From the NCBI GenBank assembly GCA_044868695.1, contig JBIOWP010000073.1, positions 1 through 10,501 of the forward strand: 10,501 nucleotides of DNA. The letters are read 5' to 3'. A program made the position numbers and the translations under genes. Shown in pieces: positions 10,343-10,501 of the stretch. The notes under the pieces were generated by a model. The model was not told the origin of the DNA. It saw only the letters and a program-made list of their open reading frames with translations, and did not search any database. This DNA is from a bacterium. GTDB taxonomy: Bacteria; Sysuimicrobiota; Sysuimicrobiia; Sysuimicrobiales; Kaftiobacteriaceae. Position 1 is the stretch's first letter. Every line of letters begins with the position of its first letter.

Positions 10343-10501
10343 TCCCAGCCGGCTCACGGCGTCTGGCGTGGGCGAGAGCCAGCAGCACGTCGGTGATGGC
10401 GCCGAGATCGGCGAGTCCCGTCCCCGCGTGACGGAGCCGCAGCGTGCCGCCGGCGACCGCCAGCCGACCCCGGAGCTGTCCCACCAGCGAGGTGACGTCG
10501 T
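10317..10501 (-). CDS. 3' end of a CDS running off the window, probably transcription-repair coupling factor Mfd
   Basis: Open minus-strand frame DVTSLVGQLRGRLAVAGGTLRLRHAGTGLADLGAITDVLLALAHARRREPAGIAPNPAGG ending at TAG 10319-10317. The Mfd call rests mainly on synteny (mfd commonly precedes PPIase/yabO/divIC or eno), not on a diagnostic motif. Confidence 0.5.
   Translation of the reverse strand, partial: DVTSLVGQLRGRLAVAGGTLRLRHAGTGLADLGAITDVLLALAHARRREPAGIAPNPAGG

Overview
High-GC bacterial chromosomal region, mostly housekeeping. Left part: tRNA-Glu(CUC) and a WCGDC thioredoxin-family gene on the minus strand, then a plus-strand run of an 87-aa hypothetical, pxpA (LamB/YcsF), a prenyltransferase/squalene-oxidase (QW) repeat protein, a heterodimeric ABC exporter pair and a 112-aa hypothetical. 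Right part (minus strand): 3' end of a probable mfd, a SurA/PrsA-like parvulin foldase, a YabO/RqcP-like S4 protein, enolase, divIC/ftsB and a YabR-like S1 protein. I see no transposase, integrase, phage gene or CRISPR array. The main unexplained structure is a set of 7-bp tandem repeats from three sequence families (GCGGATT, GGGGACY, TCACGAW) at gene junctions. Same-family copies bracket pxpA and eno, one locus forms an inverted hairpin, and some copies have become start regions or C-terminal tails. There is also a probable CTG start for pxpA and several -10 boxes placed as for leaderless mRNAs. All calls come from reading motifs by eye; no database searches were run.
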